Sequence record: OR352954
DNA: 64,000 nt
Reading direction: 5' to 3' (one strand)
Source of the DNA: Escherichia phage AV124
The position numbers were made by a program, and so were the translations under genes. The notes beneath the pieces were generated by a model. The model was given only the letters and a program-made list of their open reading frames with translations, was not told where the DNA came from and ran no database searches. Below are positions 9,228 to 17,921 of the stretch, in pieces (positions within the stretch are counted from its first letter, which is position 1; each line of letters begins with the position of its first letter).

Positions 9228-9511
9228 TGAAACATATCCTACTGAAGAAGTGCAAACCTATAACCTACTGCAAATTCTGCAAAGCCATTGGTATACGCAG
9301 GCGTTGCACAGTTATGACGAAATACCAACCGCCGTGGGGACTGCGTGACTGGTACAAGCATTACGCCTGTGATGAACACAAACACCTGATTGAAGACCCC
9401 GACCCACGGGGAATCATGGAAGCTGCTGCAAAGAACCCTGCCCCACCACAAAAAGTTGCACGTGATGAGCACCACACAGAAGCTGACTATCAAACCTGGA
9501 TGAGGCTATAA
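9227..9511 (+). CDS. hypothetical Cys-containing protein
   Basis: ORF in array; CKFCK and CDEHKH motifs. Confidence 0.45.
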   Translation: MKHILLKKCKPITYCKFCKAIGIRRRCTVMTKYQPPWGLRDWYKHYACDEHKHLIEDPDPRGIMEAAAKNPAPPQKVARDEHHTEADYQTWMRL

Positions 9512-9940
9512 ATGATAAAACATTGCCATAATTGCAGTGCCTGTTGTGAAGTTATCGCCATAGATAACATCACGCACGAAGAATTTCACGAAAAGGTCAG
9601 GACCGGAAGAGTATCGGCTATCCACGGGGAGATGATGAAACCAATCTCCAGGGATGAGGCCTACAAACGGAATCCTCTTGTTGTTACAGGTCGTGAAGAG
9701 GTTGGTAAAGGAACAAAACACTTCACCAGCTACTTTACCTGCACAAAGCTGAAAGACAACAAGTGCTCAATATACGGGGATCGCCCGTACATGTGCAGCG
9801 GATATCCGTTCTATGACCGAGTGCCTGTGGACACACAATCACATGCTTCTCTGTGCAAGACACAGCTTCGCAGGAAGGACACCCCGTACTCCTCAACATG
9901 CACGTATGTCCCAAACCTGATCGCAGTCAAGAATATCTGA
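9512..9940 (+). CDS. YkgJ-like putative zinc/iron-chelating protein
   Basis: CHNCSACC near N-terminus and GDRPYMCSGYPF resemble the CxxCxxCC / RPxxC signature of the YkgJ family. Confidence 0.4.
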   Translation: MIKHCHNCSACCEVIAIDNITHEEFHEKVRTGRVSAIHGEMMKPISRDEAYKRNPLVVTGREEVGKGTKHFTSYFTCTKLKDNKCSIYGDRPYMCSGYPFYDRVPVDTQSHASLCKTQLRRKDTPYSSTCTYVPNLIAVKNI

Positions 9941-9950
9941 CCCACACAAC

Positions 9951-9981
9951 AAGGGAGCCTGAAGAGGCTCCTTTTCTTTTA
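9951..9981 (+). terminator. rho-independent terminator
   Basis: GGAGCCT-GAAG-AGGCTCC stem-loop followed by TTTTCTTTT, directly after last plus-strand gene. Confidence 0.6.
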
Positions 9982-9993
9982 TCTAAATTTTCC

Positions 9994-10022
9994 TTGACGT
10001 AAACAGTCAGCCCTGATATAGT
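9994..10022 (+). promoter_or_regulatory. sigma70-like promoter (TTGACG-N17-TATAGT) reading into ORF-poor region
   Basis: Hexamers with 17 nt spacing just past the terminator. Confidence 0.35.
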
Positions 10023-10834
10023 CATTATACGCCAAATCTCCTGAAGCGGGAGGATACAATCACCACCCCTGCGTGAAAGGTTGCACATCCCATTAACACA
10101 CATAATATGAAGGGTCTCCCCGATATGTCGATAAAACACCATTTCATAAACACATTGCCGTAACGTGTCGATGCCATAAACATTACGGTGCGAAGCACTT
10201 TGCCAAAGGCAAAAACCTCCGGTGCTATAAATATATCGCCTTGGGCGATTAGCCAGAGGCTAACCCGTACACGGGTAAATATATCGCGTAAACAGGCCCC
10301 TGTTTTCCCCGTATAACCACCCCTTCCCCCCGTGGGGAAATCAAAACATACCCCCTGCCGAAAATATCACTTGCCGAAAAATATCATGGCTTGGTCCTTG
10401 GGTAAAAAATATTGTATTCGCACCATCTGCGGTGTTAGACGGACAGCTCCGGGCGTCAACTATCTTTACGGATCTTTACAAAATATCATGGGCAAGGTCG
10501 ATCCGGTTCCCGGTTCCTCGGGGCCTCTTCAGGCATGATAGTTACTTGCCGAAACTAATAATAATTGGGTGTGTCAGATAGCAAGCTTATGGTTTGCCAG
10601 CTTAGAGCACGATTTGCTATTGACTTGTTTATATTTATATGAATTACACCATTTAACATAAAACACGTTATACGCACTGACCAACAACGCATAGCAGACT
10701 AATAATGCCCCAATGTTACCAGTGTGACGCATAGGACAGCCGCTTCAGGTCATTACATGGTGTGACTGTTACTGTGGTGATAGTTTCATATGTGATTATT
10801 CATGTTTTAGGGTTGTTTTGTGAATGAGACGACG

Positions 10835-10889
10835 AATGAGAATCATTATTATTTCGATTTCGAATTCAATTTCGAAATGAGAATCATTC
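10835..10889. repeat. two copies of palindrome AATGAGAATCATT flanking TTCGA-rich palindromic core
   Basis: AATGAGAATCATT at 10835-10847 and 10877-10889; related copies at 19711-19723 and 19744-19758. Confidence 0.6.
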
Positions 10890-11179
10890 CGCAAATATAA
10901 ATATTTTGTAAATTTATAAATAAAAGCTTGACGAGGGAAGAGAATCGTGTTTAGCAATACATACTCTTTGAGCATCATTATCATTTGCGACTAATTCCCA
11001 TAAACCCTTGCTACGCAAGGGATTGATAGATATTTTCGATAATAAAAACACTTGACACTTCAGATAAAATCATGCTCAAAAACAAGCCTTTTCTCATAAG
11101 ATACGATCATCATTCTAATGGTTTGTCAACCATTAAACACGAATTAATTTGATTAAACTGCTAATTGTTTACAGGGTTT

Positions 11180-11530
11180 ACTATCATCAGCGACACAATA
11201 ACACAATGCCCTTCGGGTTGTTTTCGCCACGGAAAACAATGTCCAGATTGACCAAAGGGGTTTTGTGAATCCCCTTTATCTGGACACAATAACACTAGGG
11301 CGATCAACGATAGTTGATCGGTGTTATCGTGGCGATGTGATAAAGTTTCATTGCTAATCATTACAGATGTAATGATAATATACTGTGATAATTTCGTCCT
11401 TGATCGTAGCGTCTACGAGCCACGATAACGCGAACGAGAATGCGATTTGTTCGCATTTGAGTTACCCTAGTGTTATTGTGTCGCTCGCTCCGCTCGCGCC
11501 ACTCCCCACGATTCGCGAACGAGAAATTTT
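11180..11530. repeat. nested inverted- and direct-repeat cluster (origin- or operator-like)
   Basis: GGACACAATAACACTAGGG (11283) vs reverse complement at 11464; GATCAAC-GATA-GTTGATC; GTTATCGTGG vs CCACGATAAC; CGAACGAGAA twice; several GC hairpins. Confidence 0.55.
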
Positions 11531-12142
11531 ATTGACAGAAAATGATTTCTATGCTCATAAAAAGCCAGTTCACACAATGAGTTAGATGAGGAAAGTTATC
11601 ATTATAGTGATTTATGCTCATATTCACTTCCAGTGCATAGAAATTCATGATTTATTCAGTTAATAACATGCGTTATTAATTAGGTGGGGTTGTGGGGTGA
11701 AAAGCCAGGACCGACACACAATTAAACGCAATATAAAGCGTTTTGAGCGTGGTTATCGGTTACCCTCATCATGGTATGTCTTGTGTTAGATCTCAATTAT
11801 GCACTTTTTTGCATAGCGGCGGGGCCGTGGTGTGGGTTGTTTATGGTGTGGATCTGCAAAGAGAAAAGCCAGGTAAAAACCTGGCCTTTGTGTGATTGTC
11901 TTATGACTGGCTAGCCATATTGTTTTAGATAGTTTACAGCGGAAATTATTGCTTGTGCTCGGCTGTACTCTTCGCCGTTCACACGATAGCGCCGCGCGCC
12001 TTTATGGCACTGGGTGATCATAACCTGGATTATTCCATCCATAACATAGAATGCTTTACTTACGAATAAAATCATCTGATACTTTGCAACCGTGATCCGT
12101 GGCGTATGTTATCGCGTCATCAATTTTTAACATGTCACAACC

Positions 12143-12355
12143 TCATTCATTGATTAGTTTAAATTCCGCTTCAGGGTGATAAAGATCAGCCATATAGCGC
12201 ATTTTGTAATAGAAAGATACTTCCACAATGTGAGGCGCTTCGATTTCTATTTGTGTGATGAGAACGCTACCCGGCTTAAATCCTGGGGCGATGTCCGGTA
12301 ATTCGATAATCATTCCGCCTTTTAAATCTTTCGCTTTTACAGTTCCCATGATCAT
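12143..12355 (-). CDS. hypothetical protein
   Basis: First ORF of leftward block; ATGA overlap with upstream gene. Confidence 0.45.
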   Translation of the reverse strand: MIMGTVKAKDLKGGMIIELPDIAPGFKPGSVLITQIEIEAPHIVEVSFYYKMRYMADLYHPEAEFKLINE

Positions 12356-12585
12356 TAGCCTTTTTTACGTTTCATTACTTTGATCGCTTTTATGCCTTTT
12401 TGTTCGAAAAATTCCGGGCTTCGCAATTGTGCGGCACTGCTACGGCTTTTTACCTTAGTAGACAATACACCATAATAGCGCCCGTCATCATACTGACCAA
12501 TAAAATAAAAATCGTTTACGCCATATTTTTCATCCCCTGCTTTCTGGATGATTTCGGATAACTTGTCAATACTAATATTAATCAT
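12355..12585 (-). CDS. hypothetical protein
   Basis: ORF in co-directional minus-strand array. Confidence 0.45.
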   Translation of the reverse strand: MINISIDKLSEIIQKAGDEKYGVNDFYFIGQYDDGRYYGVLSTKVKSRSSAAQLRSPEFFEQKGIKAIKVMKRKKG

Positions 12586-12633
12586 AATTGCTTTACCTCA
12601 AAGGATAGCGGGGCGGCTAGCGCCCCGGTTTGA

Positions 12634-12963
12634 TTATTTGTTAAGCTCTTTATATTCAGCGATCCAGCGGGTAAAAATCTCATACTGTTTTTGTGCTGCT
12701 TTCGCTGTTTTGTGAGAGATAACAGTTATATACCAGCAATTTCCTAAAACATAACCGGATGAATGATAAACCCACGGATATTTCGGATCGATCTCTTTCA
12801 GTTCTTTTTGACGTTCTGGGGACTCGCTCCAGACGTGAGAGACAAAATCAACGGCAGTATAACGGGGAACTTCAAGCGGGACACGCTGACCGAAAGCGTC
12901 AAACTTAAAATTGTGCGACTCTAAATGCTTGTCTAAAAAGGTGAAAAATTCTGATTTTGTCAT
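12634..12963 (-). CDS. hypothetical protein
   Basis: ORF in minus-strand array. Confidence 0.45.
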   Translation of the reverse strand: MTKSEFFTFLDKHLESHNFKFDAFGQRVPLEVPRYTAVDFVSHVWSESPERQKELKEIDPKYPWVYHSSGYVLGNCWYITVISHKTAKAAQKQYEIFTRWIAEYKELNK

Positions 12964-12969
12964 TTCCGT

Positions 12970-13137
12970 TTACCTCGTCAAGTTGTTTTCGTTTGTTTGC
13001 CCTACGAGATAAATAATAATATAAGCGGGGATCGCTGTAAATAGCTCTTTACGTATCTTTACATTACTGTCGTTGTTGAGAGTAATTCTCATTACCGGAA
13101 TAGCGGGCACCTCCGGTGGCTTTCCTCCGGTATCCAT
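12970..13137 (-). CDS. hypothetical small protein (start uncertain)
   Basis: Track ORF 12970..13242 trimmed to internal ATG; weak SD; hydrophobic C-terminus. Confidence 0.25.
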   Translation of the reverse strand: MDTGGKPPEVPAIPVMRITLNNDSNVKIRKELFTAIPAYIIIYLVGQTNENNLTR

Positions 13138-13210
13138 CGTTGCCGCTTCAAAAAAGAATAGCAAAAACCAGGACCGAAAGCAAGCCCTAGAATTGTAAAG
13201 ATTTTGCCTA

Positions 13211-13678
13211 TCATACCAGGCCGGATCGCTTCGCCTTTGCAATGTCTGAATATAATTTCCTGAAGTATGCCGGGCCTCGCTCGTTTACTCTCACATATTC
13301 ATCACGCGCCGCCAACTGGTGATCGTCGGGTAATAACCCATGATAACCACTGCTAACAACGGCAATCCGCTTTTTGTTGCAGTCATAGTAAACATATGAA
13401 CCATCGGCTAGATAAATTGTGCAGTTCTGCCGGATGTAGGGTATCAAATACGCGTTGCCCTGGTGCCGGATTTTGTAAAGCGCCATTTGTCCATTGTAGA
13501 TCCGGCGGACGTGATAAGGGTCATTGATTGCCTGGTGAATGTTTTCCTTCCAGGCCTGGCGAGCGTTGCCAACATTACGGATCAGCGCTTCCACCTCTGG
13601 GATCACGACGTTAGCACGGGCGGCGGCTTTTGCCTGGTCTGATAATTCATCGTAATAAAACATTCGTACACTAATCAT
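13211..13678 (-). CDS. hypothetical protein
   Basis: ORF in minus-strand array. Confidence 0.45.
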   Translation of the reverse strand: MISVRMFYYDELSDQAKAAARANVVIPEVEALIRNVGNARQAWKENIHQAINDPYHVRRIYNGQMALYKIRHQGNAYLIPYIRQNCTIYLADGSYVYYDCNKKRIAVVSSGYHGLLPDDHQLAARDEYVRVNERGPAYFRKLYSDIAKAKRSGLV

Positions 13679-13873
13679 TTTTTAATCCCCATGAAAGGAA
13701 AGCAAGCCAGATCGGCGGGGCGCAAGTGGTTAACACGTCGCCAGCCTTTTGGCGTTTCAACAAAAACGCGGTTTTCAATCCAGTGATAAATTTTACCAGA
13801 TCGCATATTGAGAAAACGTATCATTTGCGTTTATCCGTAAAAGTTGCCCCGGATCGCCGGGGCCTGGTGTACA

Positions 13874-14644
13874 TTATGCCACAATGGCGGGACGGTTTAC
13901 AACGGTTGTTTTTACGTCCTGATAGGTATCGTGTTTTTTAACGGTAGCCTTAAACTTAACAACCGCGCCAACCGGGCCGAACTCTTTTGATCCGATGTAT
14001 GTTACTAGGTCATCGCCCTGGCGGACTTTGATAATATAGTATGATGATTGATTCCATTCATCAATTTTGAGATAAGAGAAAACGATCTCACCCTCAAAAA
14101 CCAGGCGATCGCCAATGTTACCGATCCAATTGCTTTTTAAATCCTCGGCTTTACGCTCGGCGCGTTTCTGGTCACGGGCTGCAATGTAACCATGATCAAG
14201 AGCATAACCCAAACACGCCGCGCTTAGTGCTTCCATTACCGGGCCGTTATCTGGCTTGTTTGCCATATCAGCAAAAAATAAAACATAGGATTCTTTAACA
14301 TCGGCAAACGTTTTACCGCAATGCTTGCCAAAAGGAAAGCGCCCCGCTTCGATTTCTTCGATCCGGGCGGTATCGACGATCGACAATTTACCGCGACGTT
14401 GCCCCAGCTCAAAATCTGCGTAGCCTGCAAAAACTTGTTCAAAGTTTTCTGTGTTGGCGATCCGCGCGGTTACTCGATCAAAATATTCCTTTGCTTTAGT
14501 TTCTGCTTTTTGGGGATCGGTTGAAAGATTGCAGATGTAAGAATCTGCAAAAACGCCACCGCCAAAGTTACGGCGGCGCAATGTATACATTGCATTCAGC
14601 TTGCCGGAGTCGATGTAATAGGTAACGGTGATTTTAGTAGTCAT
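13874..14644 (-). CDS. hypothetical protein (FPFGKHCGKT motif)
   Basis: 256-aa ORF; hairpin CCCCGG-ATCG-CCGGGG downstream of stop. Confidence 0.5.
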   Translation of the reverse strand: MTTKITVTYYIDSGKLNAMYTLRRRNFGGGVFADSYICNLSTDPQKAETKAKEYFDRVTARIANTENFEQVFAGYADFELGQRRGKLSIVDTARIEEIEAGRFPFGKHCGKTFADVKESYVLFFADMANKPDNGPVMEALSAACLGYALDHGYIAARDQKRAERKAEDLKSNWIGNIGDRLVFEGEIVFSYLKIDEWNQSSYYIIKVRQGDDLVTYIGSKEFGPVGAVVKFKATVKKHDTYQDVKTTVVNRPAIVA

Positions 14645-14751
14645 TCTGTTTTACCTCGATTTGTGGGCCGTCGCATCATTGCCGCCCTATACATTAAATA
14701 TAATAAAAGTCGCTCACGTTTGCAAGCGACTTTTTAGATTAATTTTCTCAA

Positions 14752-15075
14752 TTAGTTAGCACGGAAAACATCGTTTACAATAGCAGTTGTAAACATCCAG
14801 ACCAGATCCGGGGTGGTTATCGGCAGGCTGTCAGCCTGTTTTATTGTTACTCCGCTTCTTTCAAGAGTGTAGGCGATAAAATGACGGTTTTCAAGTTTTC
14901 CACTATGTGATTGAATAGATTTTTCAGTACGGATCAGGACGGTTAAACGGTCCGCTTGTTCGCTGTCATTCTCATGACAAAACACTAACATGGTTTTTTC
15001 TCCCTGGCGATTAAAGTCACAATTAACATTATCGTTAACATTTTCCAGAAAGAAAAATTTGTTTGCCTTTTCCAT
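14752..15075 (-). CDS. hypothetical protein
   Basis: ORF in minus-strand array. Confidence 0.45.
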   Translation of the reverse strand: MEKANKFFFLENVNDNVNCDFNRQGEKTMLVFCHENDSEQADRLTVLIRTEKSIQSHSGKLENRHFIAYTLERSGVTIKQADSLPITTPDLVWMFTTAIVNDVFRAN

Positions 15076-15146
15076 ACTATTTTACCTTTTTGTTAGTGGG
15101 CCAATCTTGCCCGGTCCAAGTAATATAGCCTAACCGGGCCGGGTGA

Positions 15147-15443
15147 TCAATGATTATTTTCTTTTTCGGCGTACATCTGGATCAAGCTGGCTGCGTCGAT
15201 ATTGTCAACAAAAAACGAGGATACCGCCACCGCCGGATCACCGTCTACTGGTTCACCATCCGGCATAGGTTCGACTTCTGGCGATGGTATGCACGCCGGA
15301 TTAATCCAGCGCCCATAGCGCTGATAGTCAACGGCGACGATCTCGCAAGTCAATTGATCATCATAGCTTTCTACTACATAATCGCCACACTGTTTTAAGG
15401 CTAGCGCACTATAAAAACACACACCCGCGAATACTTCGAACAT
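15147..15443 (-). CDS. hypothetical acidic protein
   Basis: ORF in minus-strand array. Confidence 0.45.
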   Translation of the reverse strand: MFEVFAGVCFYSALALKQCGDYVVESYDDQLTCEIVAVDYQRYGRWINPACIPSPEVEPMPDGEPVDGDPAVAVSSFFVDNIDAASLIQMYAEKENNH

Positions 15444-15453
15444 GTTAACCGCC

Positions 15454-15696
15454 TTATTTTTTCAGAGTAATGATCGGGCGCTTGTCGCCCTCTTTGACGC
15501 CAGGATCTAACGTATCGCAGATCCCCACTTGCTCACCCTTTTTCAAAGTGTAGCTGTTTTCGTACACCTCGCAAGCTTGTTCGTCATCAAAAACTTTCTT
15601 TACAGTCCAATCACATTGTAATGACATTGAACTAACAGAAATGTGACAAGCTAATAAAATAAATCCGAACATGGTAGCCGCCTTAATGGGGCGCAA
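15454..15696 (-). CDS. small lipoprotein (predicted lipobox LLAC)
   Basis: N-terminus MRPIKAATMFGFILLAC: basic n-region, hydrophobic core, L-L-A-C lipobox; mature part about 63 aa. Confidence 0.5.
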   Translation of the reverse strand: MRPIKAATMFGFILLACHISVSSMSLQCDWTVKKVFDDEQACEVYENSYTLKKGEQVGICDTLDPGVKEGDKRPIITLKK

Positions 15697-15710
15697 GGCC
15701 CCGCTATTGA

Positions 15711-16034
15711 TTATTTGTTGATCTGGTTTGTCTGATTATAGATCCCATATTGAACACGGGACACGGTAACAGATTGAGGGAGTAAGCAACGAACACGATC
15801 CGCGCGGTTGTCATATTTTTTAATATGCGCCGGAGTATTGTTGCGGGTAAACTTAACACGCAAACGTAATTTATTTGGATCGCGGTCATCGATGCCGGTT
15901 ACCACACCGAAAGCGATTTGGCCATAGTTATGATAAACCATTTTACCCAGAAATTTTGATTCAAGATCGGCGATGTTAGATTTTACGTTTTGCATGTTGT
16001 TTACCTTTTTCAGAGTGGCGGTGAATTCCGCCAC
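15711..16034 (-). CDS. hypothetical protein
   Basis: ORF with SD-like AAAAAGG before ATG. Confidence 0.45.
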   Translation of the reverse strand: MAEFTATLKKVNNMQNVKSNIADLESKFLGKMVYHNYGQIAFGVVTGIDDRDPNKLRLRVKFTRNNTPAHIKKYDNRADRVRCLLPQSVTVSRVQYGIYNQTNQINK

Positions 16035-16295
16035 TGATTAAAGGATAGCATAACGCCGACAGGATGCAACAAATATTTTTAGAATTGTTGAGAACTGTTC
16101 TCATATGCAGTGATATGCATAGAAAATCGCTGTTATGCAATTAGTTTCAACTGGTTACTAAATTTGTGGCGTTTTGAGCGTGGCGCGGCTATCCGATACC
16201 CTCTAAAACGCCCTCAAATCGATTCTAAGCGCTTCAATCTGTAGCCCTGGTAAGTGCATTGCTACGCTGAGATCTCGCTAAATTCACTTTTTTGC

Positions 16296-16324
16296 ATAAA
16301 AAAGCCGGGGATAATTCCCCGGCC
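16296..16324 (-). terminator. rho-independent terminator (minus strand)
   Basis: GCCGGGG-AATTAT-CCCCGGC followed by TTTTTTAT on minus strand just after stop of 16328..16543. Confidence 0.6.
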
Positions 16325-16327
16325 TGG

Positions 16328-16543
16328 TTACTCACCTGTTACGGCGTATCGCTGCAAATTACGTTTACGATCGGCAAGGCGTTTATTTAACTTCGGGTCG
16401 TACTGGTCCGGCGACCATTGAACCGCGATCCGTTCCGGCTTATGCCGTTTATTGTTACGCTCTCGCCGCTCGTTAGTCTCACCAAAAGCAAGGCGATCGC
16501 GCTGGCTTGTCATCTTCTCAAAGTTGCGGCTTTTTGCTGTCAT
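16328..16543 (-). CDS. hypothetical highly basic small protein
   Basis: 71 aa rich in R/K/E (RRERNNKRHKPER); possible nucleic-acid binder. Confidence 0.45.
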   Translation of the reverse strand: MTAKSRNFEKMTSQRDRLAFGETNERRERNNKRHKPERIAVQWSPDQYDPKLNKRLADRKRNLQRYAVTGE

Positions 16544-16880
16544 GTTTTGATCCTCTGTGGTTGTATGTTTCCGCTCGCCATTCCGCGATCTGTTTTTTGC
16601 GATACTCGATCAGCTCTTCGATGTAGTCGAAAGATCCCTCTTTATGTACCAGGACCACGCCGCCCCGGTGTTTAATCTCACAAATCAGGCCGCTACCCTC
16701 CAAATCATTTAACGGCCCGGATCGCCTGGTGTGGTACTCCTCCCCCTGGAAGCAATATTCTATATAATGAAACATTGTTTTAACCCTGTACCAGTAGTAA
16801 AACCACTTCAGAACACGCCAGATCCTGACGTGAATTTTTGCATAATAACAAAATATGAGTAGAATCAAAAATTCTTTCAT
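16518..16880 (-). CDS. hypothetical protein
   Basis: Track ORF 16518..16952 trimmed to ATG adjacent to upstream stop. Confidence 0.35.
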   Translation of the reverse strand: MKEFLILLIFCYYAKIHVRIWRVLKWFYYWYRVKTMFHYIEYCFQGEEYHTRRSGPLNDLEGSGLICEIKHRGGVVLVHKEGSFDYIEELIEYRKKQIAEWRAETYNHRGSKHDSKKPQL

Positions 16881-16881
16881 A

Positions 16882-17277
16882 TTACGCCGCGCTGTTTTTA
16901 AATGGCTTATCCCATGATCCGAACTGTAGATCGATATAGTGACCAACATCAAAATAATCTGTCATCACGTCGCTATTGTTATAATTATCAGTGTCTAGCG
17001 CTTCAATGATTTTTTCAAGCGTTGCGGTAAACTCTTTATCACTCGAATAAGTATGAGCGTTATAATGGTTAACACTGATATATGTAAAGCCGTCCGGGTA
17101 TCCTTCTTTAACTGATTTATGATCCATTTTAGACACAAGATCAAACGGCGCGGATCGGATAGTGCAAACAATAGTTGAATAGTGACGGATCGCAAATGTT
17201 GCTTTCCAACCTTTGGGCAATACAGCTTTTACCGCTTCGACAATTTTCGCTTTCTTCTCTTTATTCATGTAGGCCAT
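16882..17277 (-). CDS. hypothetical protein
   Basis: ORF with SD AAAAGGTAAAC before ATG. Confidence 0.45.
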   Translation of the reverse strand: MAYMNKEKKAKIVEAVKAVLPKGWKATFAIRHYSTIVCTIRSAPFDLVSKMDHKSVKEGYPDGFTYISVNHYNAHTYSSDKEFTATLEKIIEALDTDNYNNSDVMTDYFDVGHYIDLQFGSWDKPFKNSAA

Positions 17278-17336
17278 TTTGTTTACCTTTTAGGTTATGC
17301 CGGGGACAATTCCCCGGCTTTAATCAGTATAGCGGT

Positions 17337-17849
17337 TTAAAGAATCTTTGCAACGTCTTTATAAGACCATGCAAAAAGAGAATTTTGCTTACCTGGTGCA
17401 ACGTCCGCCAGACGTCCAGCAAATCGGGCGCGGTTATGGGGGAACTCAAAGACTACCACGCGCCCGGATATCATTTCCACGCGATCACCGTTTTTCAGAA
17501 GTTTAATCCGGTCAATCAGTGCTTTATGCTCTTTTTTGTGTTTAACATGTTGACGACAAGCGGCGCGCCAATTAACGGAGAATTCATCTTGTTGCGTGGA
17601 TCGCTTAAGGAATTTTTCAGGACAATTGTAATAACACGGGCCGCAGGATTCATCCATATCTTTATAAAAAACCATACCATCTTTGCGGGAAAGGATTGTA
17701 ACACGAATGTAAAGACTTTCATCTCTCGCCCTTGCAAGCTGATAAACTTCATTGCCTACAATAGACGTTTCGATCACGCGGTTATCAGTCAGATAATTTT
17801 CAACAAATTTTTTGTTATTAAGATTAGAATAAATGCTAGTCCAGCCCAT
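17337..17849 (-). CDS. hypothetical protein
   Basis: ORF with SD GAGGTAAATAAA before ATG; downstream of consensus promoter. Confidence 0.5.
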   Translation of the reverse strand: MGWTSIYSNLNNKKFVENYLTDNRVIETSIVGNEVYQLARARDESLYIRVTILSRKDGMVFYKDMDESCGPCYYNCPEKFLKRSTQQDEFSVNWRAACRQHVKHKKEHKALIDRIKLLKNGDRVEMISGRVVVFEFPHNRARFAGRLADVAPGKQNSLFAWSYKDVAKIL

Positions 17850-17891
17850 TTTATTTACCTCGTTTAGTGTTTAATTTGTTGGTGCCTGGTA

Positions 17892-17921
17892 ATTATAGGC
17901 CCTTTCCGGGCCTGGTGTCAA
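17892..17921 (-). promoter_or_regulatory. sigma70 consensus promoter TTGACA-N18-TATAAT with hairpin-forming spacer
   Basis: Minus-strand read: TTGACA CCAGGCCCGGAAAGGGCC TATAAT; -35 overlaps stop of upstream gene. Confidence 0.5.

Larger units (their letters stand above)
9941..12142. other. ORF-poor, repeat-dense intergenic region at convergence of transcription blocks
   Basis: 2.2 kb with only short track ORFs; many short direct and inverted repeats; promoter-like hexamers. Confidence 0.6.

Noticed and set aside
10332-11585. Track ORFs 10332..10538, 10796..10984, 11161..11361, 11385..11585
   Set aside because: Lie within repeat and palindrome clusters, lack convincing SD sequences and have skewed composition; treated as non-coding.
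9941-12142. Possible tRNA gene cluster in the ORF-poor region
   Set aside because: No T-loop-like GGTTCGAATCC/GTTCGAGTC motifs or cloverleaf-compatible D-arm/T-arm pairs found by eye here or elsewhere in the window; a tRNAscan-SE run is still needed to be certain.
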